In this document: positions 12,601 through 24,800 of the stretch, one piece after another | How the letters are laid out: each line of letters begins with the position of its first letter | Numbering within the stretch: position 1 is the stretch's first letter | Origin: Paragordius varius | Lineage: Eukaryota; Animalia; Nematomorpha | NCBI GenBank assembly: GCA_964247055.1 | Contig: OZ176054.1 | Coordinates: 5,518,001 to 5,582,000, forward strand | Length of the DNA stretch: 64,000 nt | Direction of reading: 5' to 3' | Notes under the pieces: generated by a model | The model's input: the letters and a program-made list of their open reading frames with translations, nothing else | What the model was told of the DNA's origin: nothing | The model's database searches: none | Translations under genes and position numbers: made by a program

Positions 12601-15600
12601 ATAAATAATAGATAAAAAAAGATTTAAGAAACTTACTTGGACGATTAAAATATGATATATATCCAGGATTATCCACTATAGTGTCGAATGTTGATGGATA
12701 GTAATTATATGGCATTTTTAGTTTTAATTGCCAACGAAAATTATACTGGACTAAAAATTACTAATTAATAAAAAATACCCAAGTATTTATTTAGTTTTAA
12801 TGTCTTCTAATATAATTAAAATTTTTGATAATACTTTCAACAAATAATCTTTTGTCAGCTAAAATATTATAATATAGTGTTTACTTTATTTGGAAAACTT
12901 TTCAGAAATCAAAAATTCCATATAGTTCAAAAGTTATTACGTATTAAAAATCCTACGATCCTCAATTTTATATGCTCGTTTTATAGCACGCAAGTGAAGG
13001 TAGGATGAGCTTTTTATCTTCACCAAAAGAACGAATGTATGAACATTGTTTCAACCTTCACATGGGCATATGCTTTTTTTCCTCTGCTTTGCATTTCATT
13101 GTACGATATACCAAATTTTATGTTATAACGATGCGTCCGAAATACTAAACTTCATTTTGAAACATTGACCGGTCAGAGCCTTTATCGGTGTATTTTTAAG
13201 AACTATCGAATGTTAAATTTTGTCCTCGATGTTATTTGTAAATCCTTTCGCCATTGCAAGTTCAAAAGCATTTATCGAACGTTCGTCACTTTTTTATGGT
13301 CTAACTTTAAGCATATAATATTGCAGAGTGGATTTATTAATTGATTTGCCTAATTTTTGTTGATAGCTTAATATCATACAACTCGCGATTTGTCTAGCAG
13401 TGATATTATTATTTTTTTCATACTTCCGATGTATATGTATTCAAAATTCAATGAGTCCTGGCTAATTTTATAAAATTTAAAGCCTATAAAAAATTTTGAA
13501 TGTTTTAAATTTGGTTTATCCTTGAATTTCAAAAAGACAAAACCATGTATTTACAAATCAATATCCAAATATTATATAATGGAAGTGGTACATTCACAGA
13601 AAATAAATTAAATTAATTGGGTTATATCTCTAAGGCTTAGGATTATACATATAACTTTTTAAAATAATATCCAATAATTCTTATTTTATAATAGGGTTAT
13701 TTTTTAGCCTCGTGCCCTCAAACTATGTTACGTGTTGCTCAACACGCACATCAGACCGGAAAAGTTTTTATGATGAATTTATCGGCCACATATTTGTGTC
13801 AACTTTTCAAGGAGGAAATGTTATCAGTTTTTCCCTACATTGACATACTATTTGCTAATCAATCGGTATTTATCAAAATTTGCTTGTTTTTTTTTATTAA
13901 ATATTGTTTATATTAATGATAAGGATTGCTATTTTTTCACAATATAGGAAATATGTGCATTGGCTAAAGAGCTTGATTTTCCCCAGGTATTTCAATATAC
14001 AATAAATGAATTAAAGATATATCGATAAAAGTTATTATTTTATTATATTTTATGATGATATAAAGTGGACAGCCCTCTTGTGGGAAAAAATAAATGGATC
14101 TCTATCCGCATCATGACACTTTAAATAATATATAAAATCATTTTTTAAATTTAATACATACATCTATTAAATATTACATATAATAATAATGGGTTCTGCG
14201 GATAATTGGAAAAAATAAAAAAAATTATTTTTCTTATCTTTGGCTGGTTTTTCATATTAACCATAAACTAGTAAATTTGTAGAAGATGTTCTCATTAAAC
14301 GATTAACCTTAAAAATCAAGGTAATATTTGAATGAAAGACTATAGGATAGTTAGCCTGATTTAATTAATTTATTGGCCAATTGGCAATACAGTAGCGTAT
14401 AATATAAGACAAATTTTGTCCATAATAATAAATAAACAAATTTAATGTTGTAAGAAAGGAAAAAATTTAGGGTCACACATATGTTGTTTTTTATCCGGCT
14501 TACTGTATTACCAATTTTAAAATAATGTGAAGTGGCCAACAATAAAGTAGGTGGTAAATACTTTATAAAACCAATTTTTTGATCATATACTAAATGAACG
14601 CTTTAATTTCAATATAAATAGCGCAATATATTTAAACCTATTTAAGGATGATATAGTCGAAATGGGAAAAGCGATAAGTAACATGCCAAAGATTAACAAT
14701 AATCAAAGAATCATAGTTATAACACAAGACGCTAATCCTACCATCCTAATTGCAGGTTTGGAAAATTTATCATAAGCAAAAAGTTTTGCAAGAGTTTTTG
14801 AGAGAAACAAGTGTTTGATATATGATTCTTTTGTACCACTGCTCTTTTATAATGTGATGGGACGTATTGGAAATTACTTTTTGTTAATTTGGAAACAATG
14901 CGGAATAATATATATTTAGATTATGCTGTATGAATAAGGTGACCAGACGTCCCGCTTTTGGCGGGACAGTCCCGCTTTTTCACACTTTGTCCCGCCTCCC
15001 GCTACGTTTTTAAAATGTCCCGCTTTTTCATGATTATATAAAAAAATTTTTTTAATACAAATAAATTTTTTTTCCGTTTAAATTTTTTATCATTAAATAT
15101 CTTTATAATCTATATCAATATTAAATTAAAATTTTTTATTTTTAAATTAAAAATATTTATTTTTTTCGAATTTATATCAAATGATTATACACTTTCCTTC
15201 CTACTACTACTGTCATTATTATCAAAAAGCCAAGATAATACCACAAATCTCTAGATTAAAAGACAAATTGATACCACAAATCGGTACCTTACACGTTTAT
15301 TTCAGAAAATTAAGGTAATATAATATTTATTATACTAATATTTTAGTTTTATTACTTGCCAACATTATTAAAAAGCCAAATTAATACCACAAATCTAGCT
15401 TAAAAGACAAATTGATGCCATAAATCGGTACCTTACACGTTTATTTCAGAAAATTAAGGTAATATAATATTTATTGTACTAATAGTAGGTTATAAATATG
15501 AGCACAAAAAGAGGTTGTAAATTCAACGATGAATTAATGAAAGATTTTCCTTTTATTAAAAAAACGAAGAATGAATCATCTGTTAAATGTCTTATATGCG

Positions 15601-18600
15601 AGGGGGAATTCACCCTAGCACATGGCGGCAAGCATGATATTACAAAGCATATGGAAACACAGAAACATAAAAAATGTTTAGATATGGCGGCATCATCTTA
15701 CAAAATGAGCGATTTTTTCGAAAAACCGCTTTTGGAGTGGAAGAAAATAATTTGGCACTAGCTGAGGGCGTGTTATCTTTTCACGCCGTTAATCACAATC
15801 ATTGCTTTAGATCTATGGACTGTACCTCTCAGGTTCCATAAAAAATTTACATGTGCCCGTACAAAGGCTGAAGCCATTGTGTGCAATGTCCTTTCGCATG
15901 CATTTTCTGAAATACAAAAAGATTTGCTGAAAAATAATTTCTTATCCCTATACTCTGATGCTTCAAATCACCATGAAACAATATTATTTCCCACTTTGAT
16001 AAGATATTTTGATTCAGAAACCGGAGTAAAAATTAAAATTTTAAATTTAATTTCCCTACCCGGTGAAAATTACGAAATAATATTTACTTCAATAATGCAT
16101 ATTCTAGAAAAAAATATTTAAAAGACAAAATTATCGCATATTGCGCTGACAACACCAATACGAACTTTGGTGGAAAAGCAAGGAGCGACAAAAAATATTT
16201 TTCATAAATTAGCAGATAATCTTGCATTATTAGCGTTGGGTGTGCAGCGCATATAATACACAACGCTATTCAAACAGCTGCTGATTTGTTACCCCTAGAT
16301 GTGGAAAATGTAGTTGTTAAAATATATTCCTATTTTTATATATACACGGTACATGTTGAAACGCTTACAGAATTATGTGAAAATGCAGAAGTTCAATATC
16401 AAAAAATGCTTGGATATTGTAAAACTTGTTGGTTAGCTTTTATGCTAGCTATCAAAAGAATTTTAAAAATGATGATCCTTTAAAATCTTTTTTTTACCTC
16501 AGGACAAATGTCCTACAACTTTAAAGTTTTTTAAAAGTGATTTTTAAAAAATATGGTTAGAATTCTTACATAATCAAGCTTCTCTTTTTCAAAATGTTAT
16601 TAAATTTAGAGATGACAAAATTTCGGCAATCGAAGTAGCCAATGAAGTTAGTTACCTAAAATTCCAATCTCAAGAACGGTTAGAAAATAATTTTATACCA
16701 TTAACCATCCGCAATATAGTAAATAATTTAGAAAAACAAGGTTTAATAAATCGCCAAGATATCATGTACCATTTTATACAAACTGTAAAGATTATTTGGA
16801 AGACTGGACGACGCAATTCATTTTCATTGGATAACATTAAAATCAGAATTTAATTGGTGCGATGTTCAAAAATCATTTGATTATATCTGCTCCCAAAAAT
16901 TCTCAAAAAGTAATCTTTCAGAAAATGATCTTTTTTCTGAAGTATCATTAGTTAAAAGATATATTAATATTGAAAAACATAAATTATGGACAAAAGAAAA
17001 ATATACAGTAGAAAAGAAATGGTTGGAAATATTTCATCATTTTAAAGCCAACTATATTACATACAATAATATTTTAAAAATTGTGGAATTGACACTATCT
17101 TTACCTGGAACCAACGCTGCTACTGAGCTCGTTTTTTCCACAGTAAATCAGGTGTGGACATCGGAAAAATCAAATTTAAATGTAGAAACTTTAAAGGCCG
17201 TTTTATCTGTCAAATATAATTTGACAAATTCTTGTGAAGACTTCTACAATATTTTAAAAAATGATGACAATCTGCTTAAACGCATTCACTCATATACCAA
17301 AGAGTAAAATATTTTCTTATATTTATAAAGTTTTTTAAATAAAATTACTTAAAATATTGTATAAGTCTTCATAATTTGTCAAATTATATTTGAACACATA
17401 AAATGGCTTCTATTCAACATTTAAATTTGATTCCGTGTCCTTACTTAATTTACTGTGGAAAAGCGCGTTTAATAGCAGTGGTTCAGGTAAAGATAATGCA
17501 AATTCCACAATTAAAATATTATTTTATGGAACATAATTTGTTCAAAAATGATTATTTTAACCATTTCTATCCTACGTATTTTTTTCTGTTGTCCATAATA
17601 TAAGTTTTCATTCAATATATTTATTTAATATAATGAGACTTCATAAAAAAGTGTCATTGTGCACCGTCTTGTGTTCCAAATAATCGTTTCTGTTTGTATA
17701 AAACATTTTTATATTCTGGCTATTCATTAAGCCTTGTTTTTCTGGATGCTTTATAATATTGCGATTAGGTAATGGTATAAAATTATTTTCTAACCTTTTT
17801 TGACTTGGAATTTTGACCTTTCTCCTGTGATAAAAAATATGATTCTAGGAGATCACATTTTTATAAATATTTCAATCGCTGGCAAAAGAGCTTACCAACA
17901 GTTTTACAATATCCAAGCATTTTAACATCTATATTTTCCACATCCAGGGGTAACAAATCAGTAGCTGTTTGAATAGCGTTGTGTATCTGCCAATAATGTT
18001 TTGATTAAGATTATTCGCTAAATTGTTAAAAATATTTTTTGTGCCGCTTCTTGCATCACCCAGCGAACTTTGTGATGATTTCGTCTTTATTATTTTTTTC
18101 TAGAATATTACAATCTTCAGCCTTTGTTTCTGCACATGTAAATTTATTGAATAAGGTACAAACAACCTGTGGGGTACAAATTTTTTTATATTTATAATGT
18201 ATTTGTGTTAAAAATAAATAAATATTACAATAAATTTTTTGTATAAAAATTTTGGGTTGCATCCCCCAACGACCCCCCTTCACCTTCTCAGATTTGTCCC
18301 GCTTTTTCCTTCAAAAAATCTGGTCACCTTATGTATGAATTGGGTTGTTTTTATCAATTTAATATGAATAATGCATTTGCCTCATTCAGAAAACATTTTG
18401 ATTTTAAAATTGTATCAATATAAGTATCATTTTTTTAGATGGTCAAGTCAGACACTTTTCGGTAATACCAATAAAACAATGCGATATTGTGGATACAAAC
18501 GGCGCTGGAGATGCCTTTGTTGGAGGTTTTTCATTAATAAGAACTATATAAACGAAAAAGAAAAAATTTTTTTTCTTATGAAACCCTAAATATAATAAAC

Positions 18601-18797
18601 CGTTAATTACATTTTGCGTTTTTGTAGGTTTCCTCTCTCAATACCTACAATCATGTGAATGGGAACGCTGTATTGAGTTTGGCCATAAAGCGGCATACAT
18701 AATTATTAAGAGGCATGGATGTACATTTCCTGAAGACTTAACATTCGATAAAGCCTTTGAATTATATCATGGGACTCAAGACCATTCCTCCATATAA
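6629..18797 (+). CDS. ADK: Adenosine kinase (PfkB/ribokinase family), 11 exons, 358 aa
   Basis: Exons 6629-6651, 6673-6747, 6771-6824, 6851-6929, 6985-7154, 10084-10183, 13695-13865, 13948-13986, 14647-14755, 18439-18525, 18628-18797 (1077 nt, all GT-AG). Motifs VGIGNPLLD, PGGAVQNS, STGTCAV, MNLSA, ILFANQSE (NxxE), VDTNGAGDAFVGG. Exon 1 is the least certain; an alternative ATG lies at 6680. Confidence 0.96.
9421..9830 (+). repeat. Dispersed ~400-bp repeat, copy 1 (ADK intron)
   Basis: Reverse complement matches 39817-40221 along its length (e.g. GACTATGTTCGGCGCAAT, AAAGACACGATTTTTGTG, AAAGCCAGCATTT). GACTATGTTCGGCGC also occurs inverted near 8506. Confidence 0.8.
10720..11777 (+). mobile_element. 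Non-autonomous PIF/Harbinger-like element, copy A (1058 bp)
   Basis: TIRs TGCCCATGTGAAGGT / ACCTTCACATGGGCC; 3-bp TSD TAT (10717-10719 and 11778-11780). No transposase motif inside. Superfamily inferred from the 3-bp TSD and GGCCC-like terminus. Confidence 0.85.
12011..13068 (-). mobile_element. Non-autonomous PIF/Harbinger-like element, copy B (inverted, 1058 bp)
   Basis: Reverse complement of copy A with only about 4 substitutions seen, all near the ends; own TSD TAT (12008-12010 and 13069-13071). Identity stops exactly at the TIRs. Confidence 0.85.
14935..18331 (+). mobile_element. hAT DNA transposon, Blackjack-like (3397 bp), in an ADK intron
   Basis: TIRs TAAGGTGACCAGA (14935) and TCTGGTCACCTTA (ends 18331); exact 8-bp TSD TGTATGAA (14927-14934, 18332-18339); subterminal GTCCCGC repeats. 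Confidence 0.93.
15498..17307 (+). pseudogene. Frameshifted hAT transposase
   Basis: N-terminal zinc-finger-like CLICEGEF..HGGKHDITKHMETQKH; SLYSDASNH; CAAHIIHN; C-terminal dimerisation-type LSLPGTNAATELVFS. Broken into several ORFs. Confidence 0.88.
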
Positions 18798-19444
18798 ACA
18801 ATTTTATACTACAATTAATATATTATAATGTTTTTTATCGTTCTCTATGTAGTTAATTATGATTATTTCATATAACAATTAATAATATGCAAGCAATATT
18901 TGGATTTATTAATAAATTTATTCATTTATCATACTTTTAAAAAAAATTTGATTATAAGATTACATGATTGAACTAGTTCCATTCAAAAATCGTTCCATAA
19001 AATTACTCCTAATGGGAGATTTAGCAGTGTAGTTAAAATAATTCATTACATGGCAACCCTGCTTCCAAACAAACAAAAGATCATTTAAATCATTATAACC
19101 CTTATATAATATTAAATATATACTTGATGAACTAACAAATCAATGACGCGCAAATCCTTAACTGATTTATTTTTTTCGAATTCCTCTCTAATTTTGGCAT
19201 GGTATTGTTTGTATGTCAACGGCAAAGCTGGATATAATATCACTAAATTTATTAATCAAGTTTACTGATTTCCGAAATACTTTGGTTAAATTTCTTGTAT
19301 AAAGCCAGAACCTTTCGTCGTGCCTCTAAATGTGACGTTGAATAAACGATTCTTGAGCTTTTTGGTAGGAAAGTTTTTGGAATTTTCGACATGACAGTAA
19401 TAGGCTACATTCTTTATATCAGCTGTAATATATGAGATGGGTAC

Positions 19445-21805
19445 ATGAGGCGCAATAAATTTACAATCAAGCCGAATGTTGCCCCAACTCCAAAGGTACC
19501 AATCACCAATTTCGTATCAGAAATGGAAAATATAAGTGTACCCGTTTATACTCAAAATGATTCTATAAAACCAAATCTAAATACCACAAAATTGTCCTAT
19601 TCCAAGAGTACAGATCTTACTGCGTCAAATCAAAACATTGCTGTCAAGTGTTCATTAAGTGCAAATGATCTAAGAACAAAAGTAAATTATTTGAAATTAA
19701 TTTTAGCATAATTTTAATATTCCTTTGAAAGATGCGGAAAATAATTCTAATTTAACCATAAAAGATTTAGTTTTCAATAATCCATCTGCCAATCCTATGA
19801 GGTATATATTCAAATAATAAATTTAGTGAACCAAATAAAAAACCTGCGTTAGATTCTACCAACAATAATGAAACCGTTAAAGAAACAAGTATTTTACATT
19901 CAATTTAACATTTATGTCCGAAACTCTGTAGTTTTAGTTTACTTATTAATGACTTTATTCGCTACATAAAATTAGATTATTAATGGATTATACGGTAATT
20001 GGATAAAATATTTTTAAATAATGGGCATATGATATTTAGTTCTTTTAATCCCTTTTTACCCAATTACAATATTTTTATTTTTTTATTTATATATATTAAA
20101 TTATTTATTATTAATGTTTAAATTCGTAGATGTCGCTGAGAAAAAAACAACAAATTTGGCTCCTAGAGTCAAGATTGGGCCAGATGGAAATATAATTTTG
20201 GATACTGAGAGGTATTTCAAAAAATATTAAATATTATAATTTTCGTGTAGCTCCCCTTTTTTATTTTGAATTTAAATTTTAAAAATTGTATTTTTTGATT
20301 CACCTTGGATACAATAGAATGATAATATAAAAATGCGCATATCTTAAGTCCATTTTCGTTAAAATAAGTTTAATATTCTAATTCTCGTTGCCAGATGTTT
20401 TTAAATATATTGTCGAACATTGTTAATATTTTTGCCATAAATTTTGTAGTTTAGAGGATCCATAATATGTTTTTATAAAATTAACCAAATTATTTTATTA
20501 TGTTTGTTTACAAGAAAATCAGCTTAAAATTAAACTTACAAAATGAACTTTTATGATCATTTAAGAAGTTTTAGCATTATCGAAAAAATAAATTCAATTG
20601 CACCATCCATCATTGACAAAGATATAAAAATAATTTTTTCTACACAAATACCATAGTTTAATTGTTAAACATCCCGAAAATCCGTCAACTTTTACGAGCC
20701 CTTTGGTTGAAGAGGGTTATGACCCTTTTGGTTATCTCAAACATCACAAAAAATACGGCACTCCACATAAAATTTGGTCTAATGCAGGTATTTACTACAT
20801 GAGTTTTGTAATCATACATATGTACAGTTTGAGAAAATATTTATTGTTAATTTTTCAGTTATTGTCAGATATCATACAATTAATGTTGACTTTAGTTTAG
20901 TTATAAAAATTAGGTATTTTTCGCTTTTTGCTTTCTTTAAGCCAATAGAAATGCTCTTTGCTCTATATGCTATCTGTCAACATTAAATCGAAAAAAAACA
21001 GAAATATATATTCATATTGTATATAAACATAGTTTGTCAGTTTTTGAATACCTCTTGTATGTTTTTAGGGAATTAATTTTTAAGATGTAATGAAAAAAAG
21101 ATCCAAACGCCATATAAGAGAATTAAACACTAAAAGACAAAAATGCACCATGATTATAATTTTTTAAGATGCATAGATCAAAGGAATGTTTTATTATGTA
21201 TTTATGATATTATTAAATGAAAAGCTAAAAATCCAATGAATTATCTACACTTTTTAAACTTTTTACAAAAAAAGCGTTTTTGGGGTTGTGCTAAATTTGA
21301 ATTCGGAAAAGCTTTGATTAATATCAAATATAGTACTAAATAATGTTGTTAATATCTTATAATTTTAAAATTTTTTAGAAACATTTAGCTGTATTCTCAT
21401 CTATGGATTTAAATTAACTTATAATTTATAAAACCTTTAAAATTGGTTTGTTAAAAATTGGACGTCAATTGAAGTATGTAACATATAATTGAAAACTGTA
21501 ATTTAATTTTATATTATAATAATTTTAAAAAAAGTATTATGATTTGCTTAGATGTGAATGTAGGTTATTCTTTGACGACCTTTTTAAAAATATACTCTAT
21601 ATAATTATTTAAAAATGTTTTAGTATTAATTAACTTTAATTCTAAATTGACTAAAGTTTTTGTGAATTTTGTAAATTTCCAATAATGTCCTATTGGTCTT
21701 TTAACTTATAGCACTTAATCTTATAAATATTTCGTATAATATTAAGCGTTTTACTATATTAAAAAATTAAATTAACTGGTAGATTTCACTTATTTTGATT
21801 TCGGT

Positions 21806-21842
<37 letters not shown>

Positions 21843-24800
21843 GCTTTTGTCCCCCAACTTTTTTACGGTTTTTTTAAGGCCCATTCTTTACACTGTCTAA
21901 AACGCACAAACATACCAAAACTGTCTAAAATATGTTATAAAATATTTATAAATGTATTAATATGGGTGAATACGCAAGTTATTAGTTAAGCACTTATGTT
22001 TTATTAAGCTTTATATTTAAAAGGGCGTTAAACTAAAAACAAAAATTTGACTTAAAATCTTAAGTGTTTTATTATAGTAAACATAAGTTTATTATTTTAA
22101 TATTAATCAAGTAAATTTATTTATTTAACATTACATAAACAGGGGTAACAATTATAATAATCATATCACTGTACGGGATGCAATGTAACAGACAAAAAAC
22201 AAAAAGCGAAAAACATGTGAATTTTATCCAATCTAATTTTTATGATTTGAGAGTGTGTTTACATATAAAATATTTCTAAACATAAATTCTCTTACAATTA
22301 ATAAATTATTGTGGAACGATATTTAATAAAAGAACCTGTTTTTTTATTTCGGGCACCGAAGGGTTTATAAAGGTTCAACCAGTGATAAACAGTTATTTAT
22401 ATAAGGAAAATAACTAATTTTTTTTCAAAAAAATTGATTTTTGCATTTTAGACGCTTCACTTTTTAAATATCGAAGCTTATTGAAACATAAGATTTTAAG
22501 TTTACATATTTTACCATTATCTGATGATTTACAAAAATTTTGCCATTTTCCTGAATAAAGGTTTATAACAAAGTATGTTCGGAAACAGCCGAATTAAGAT
22601 TAAAATTATTTGACTAAAATTTTCAAAAGGGGGAGGGCGGAAATAGGATAAATAAGCCATCTATTTATGTTTATATTAAATCATGAACTTTATATATATT
22701 ACCCTAAAAAACTGAATATATTAAACAAAATAATTTATATGATTTTAAACATATTGTTTGAAATAAATTAAAATATAACTTATATTGATTCTTACCTATT
22801 ATTCCTAATAAACAAATTTTGATTTATATATTAATATTTTTTCAGAAACCAAGGAATTTTATAGATCTCTCGCCAAACATGGCATAAATTTGAGCGCAAT
22901 TGGTGAGGATTTCCCTAACAGACAACGTATTGAAATTAAAAATAAGTATAAACGAGAGGAAAGAGCAAATCATCATTTAGTGGATGTCGCTTTGGCTCAA
23001 CAGTAATTACGCAAATCACATAAAATATTTGTATATAAAAAATTAAGTCTAATTATAGCTCTTTGTTTTGAAGTTAATATATTATCATATTTTTACGAAA
23101 TGCAAAAATACGAAAAATTATTATTTTAATAATATAATTTATTTTAATAGAAGAAAAGTACGGTTTTTATCAAATATCCTAATGGATTCTACGTTTTTTA
23201 AATAATTTTTTTAACAGGGTTGTGTAAATTTTACAAAAAATAACTATTGGTCCCGCTTATATGTACAGTTATTCATGGTCATAAGCAGTCATTATTACCA
23301 TAAATATACCATTTGCACTTCAAGAGCTCCTTGAACACTTCAAGTTGGTCCTTGAACAATCAAGTTGGTCCTTTAACATTTCAAGTTGGTCCTTGAACAC
23401 TTCAAGTTGGTCCTTTGACTTTTTTGTTTTTTTTATTTATCAATCAAATCGTAAATAAATCATCTATTTTATTGCTTTTAACCTATTTTCTATTATTTAA
23501 CACAAATTTTAAATAGATATCAACTTTTAATCTTTGAGAAACCGTAAAACTTTATTAATTTCTTAAAATAATTTTGGATATTTATAAGATTTTAACACGA
23601 AATGAAAAAATATATAATTTTTCTGGGTTATTAATTAAAATTTTTCATTAAAAACATTTAAAAGTCAATAATTTTGTTGAATTGAAAAAAATAGTTTAAA
23701 ACAAAAAAAGTGGTTTTTCAAATTTTTTATTTTTAAATGAATAAATATATAATAAATAAAGAAAATTAGGTTAATAAATAATAAAATAAAAAAATAAATG
23801 AAAAAATTATGGTTAAATCAAAATTTATAAATTTTAAGGTCCAACTTGAAGTGTTCAAGGACCAACTTGAAATATTCAAGGACCAACTTGAACTGTTCAA
23901 GGACCAACTTGAACTGTTCAAGGACCAACTTGAAATGTTCAAGGACCAACTTGAAGTGTTCAAGGACACTCTTGAAAGGCAAATGGTATATCAAATATAT
24001 GTTATAACTAAACCAAAAACCGTTCAAATTTTATTTAACATCAATATATTTAAAATAATAATGTACGTTTGATAAAATTTCACACCTTTTTTAATAAATT
24101 TAAGTTTACCCCATAATTTGTCTTTATTTTCATGACGTGATTAATATATGTTTCAAAATTTTTCACTTGTGGCCGTCATTAATGCATTAACGGTCAGACC
24201 CCGCCCTAGATATATTAATGACAATTTTAAATGAGTTAGGTTCGAATGGTAATAGGTTTTTATTGCATACATTATATATTTTAATATAATTTGAGCGACA
24301 AATATATCTAACCCGTTTGATTTCTAACTTTACGAATTCGAAAAATATTTTTTTATATAAATTTTATACATTTTTTAGTCCAAAGCTGGACCATTATTTG
24401 AACCTTTTGTTTCCGGAAAAATCTCAGGTCAAAAAATCATCAACTCAGCCTTTGAAAGATTTTGGGAATAGAATTGTTGAATCATTAGATTCTAATCTAG
24501 GTAATTATTTACTTACTATTTACATAAATTTTAATTTATTTTTATTCATTTATTTTTTAGTTGAACCATCTCACAACTTCCCTGGTTATCCCATTGAATC
24601 AACCAAAAAACGGGCAAAACTTTTATCCCAAAAGTTTATTAAATTTTTATAAACACGATAAAACCTTATAAGACTGTGCGCCAAAAATGGCGTAAAATAA
24701 AGGTCAAGAGCTAAAAGTTTAAGAATAATGAATATTAAAACCATATATGCGGTTAAATTATACTAGAAAAAAAGTTAATTAATTTTTATGTTATTGGCCA

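Noticed and set aside
18798-19444. ADK and BDP1 only 647 bp apart in tandem, as a possible operon
   Set aside because: The gap can hold a poly(A) signal (AATAAA near 18911) and a promoter; no trans-splicing evidence is visible.
23319-23976. CRISPR-like or heat-shock-element-like palindromic repeats
   Set aside because: No unique spacers and a eukaryotic context. GAA and TTC are 3 nt apart, not the 2 nt of the GAAnnTTC heat-shock element.
23766-24072. Overlapping ORFs with heptad repeats (FKDQLEL; LNSSSWS) resembling a leucine-zipper protein
   Set aside because: They are translations of the 21-bp tandem array in a MITE arm within a BDP1 intron.
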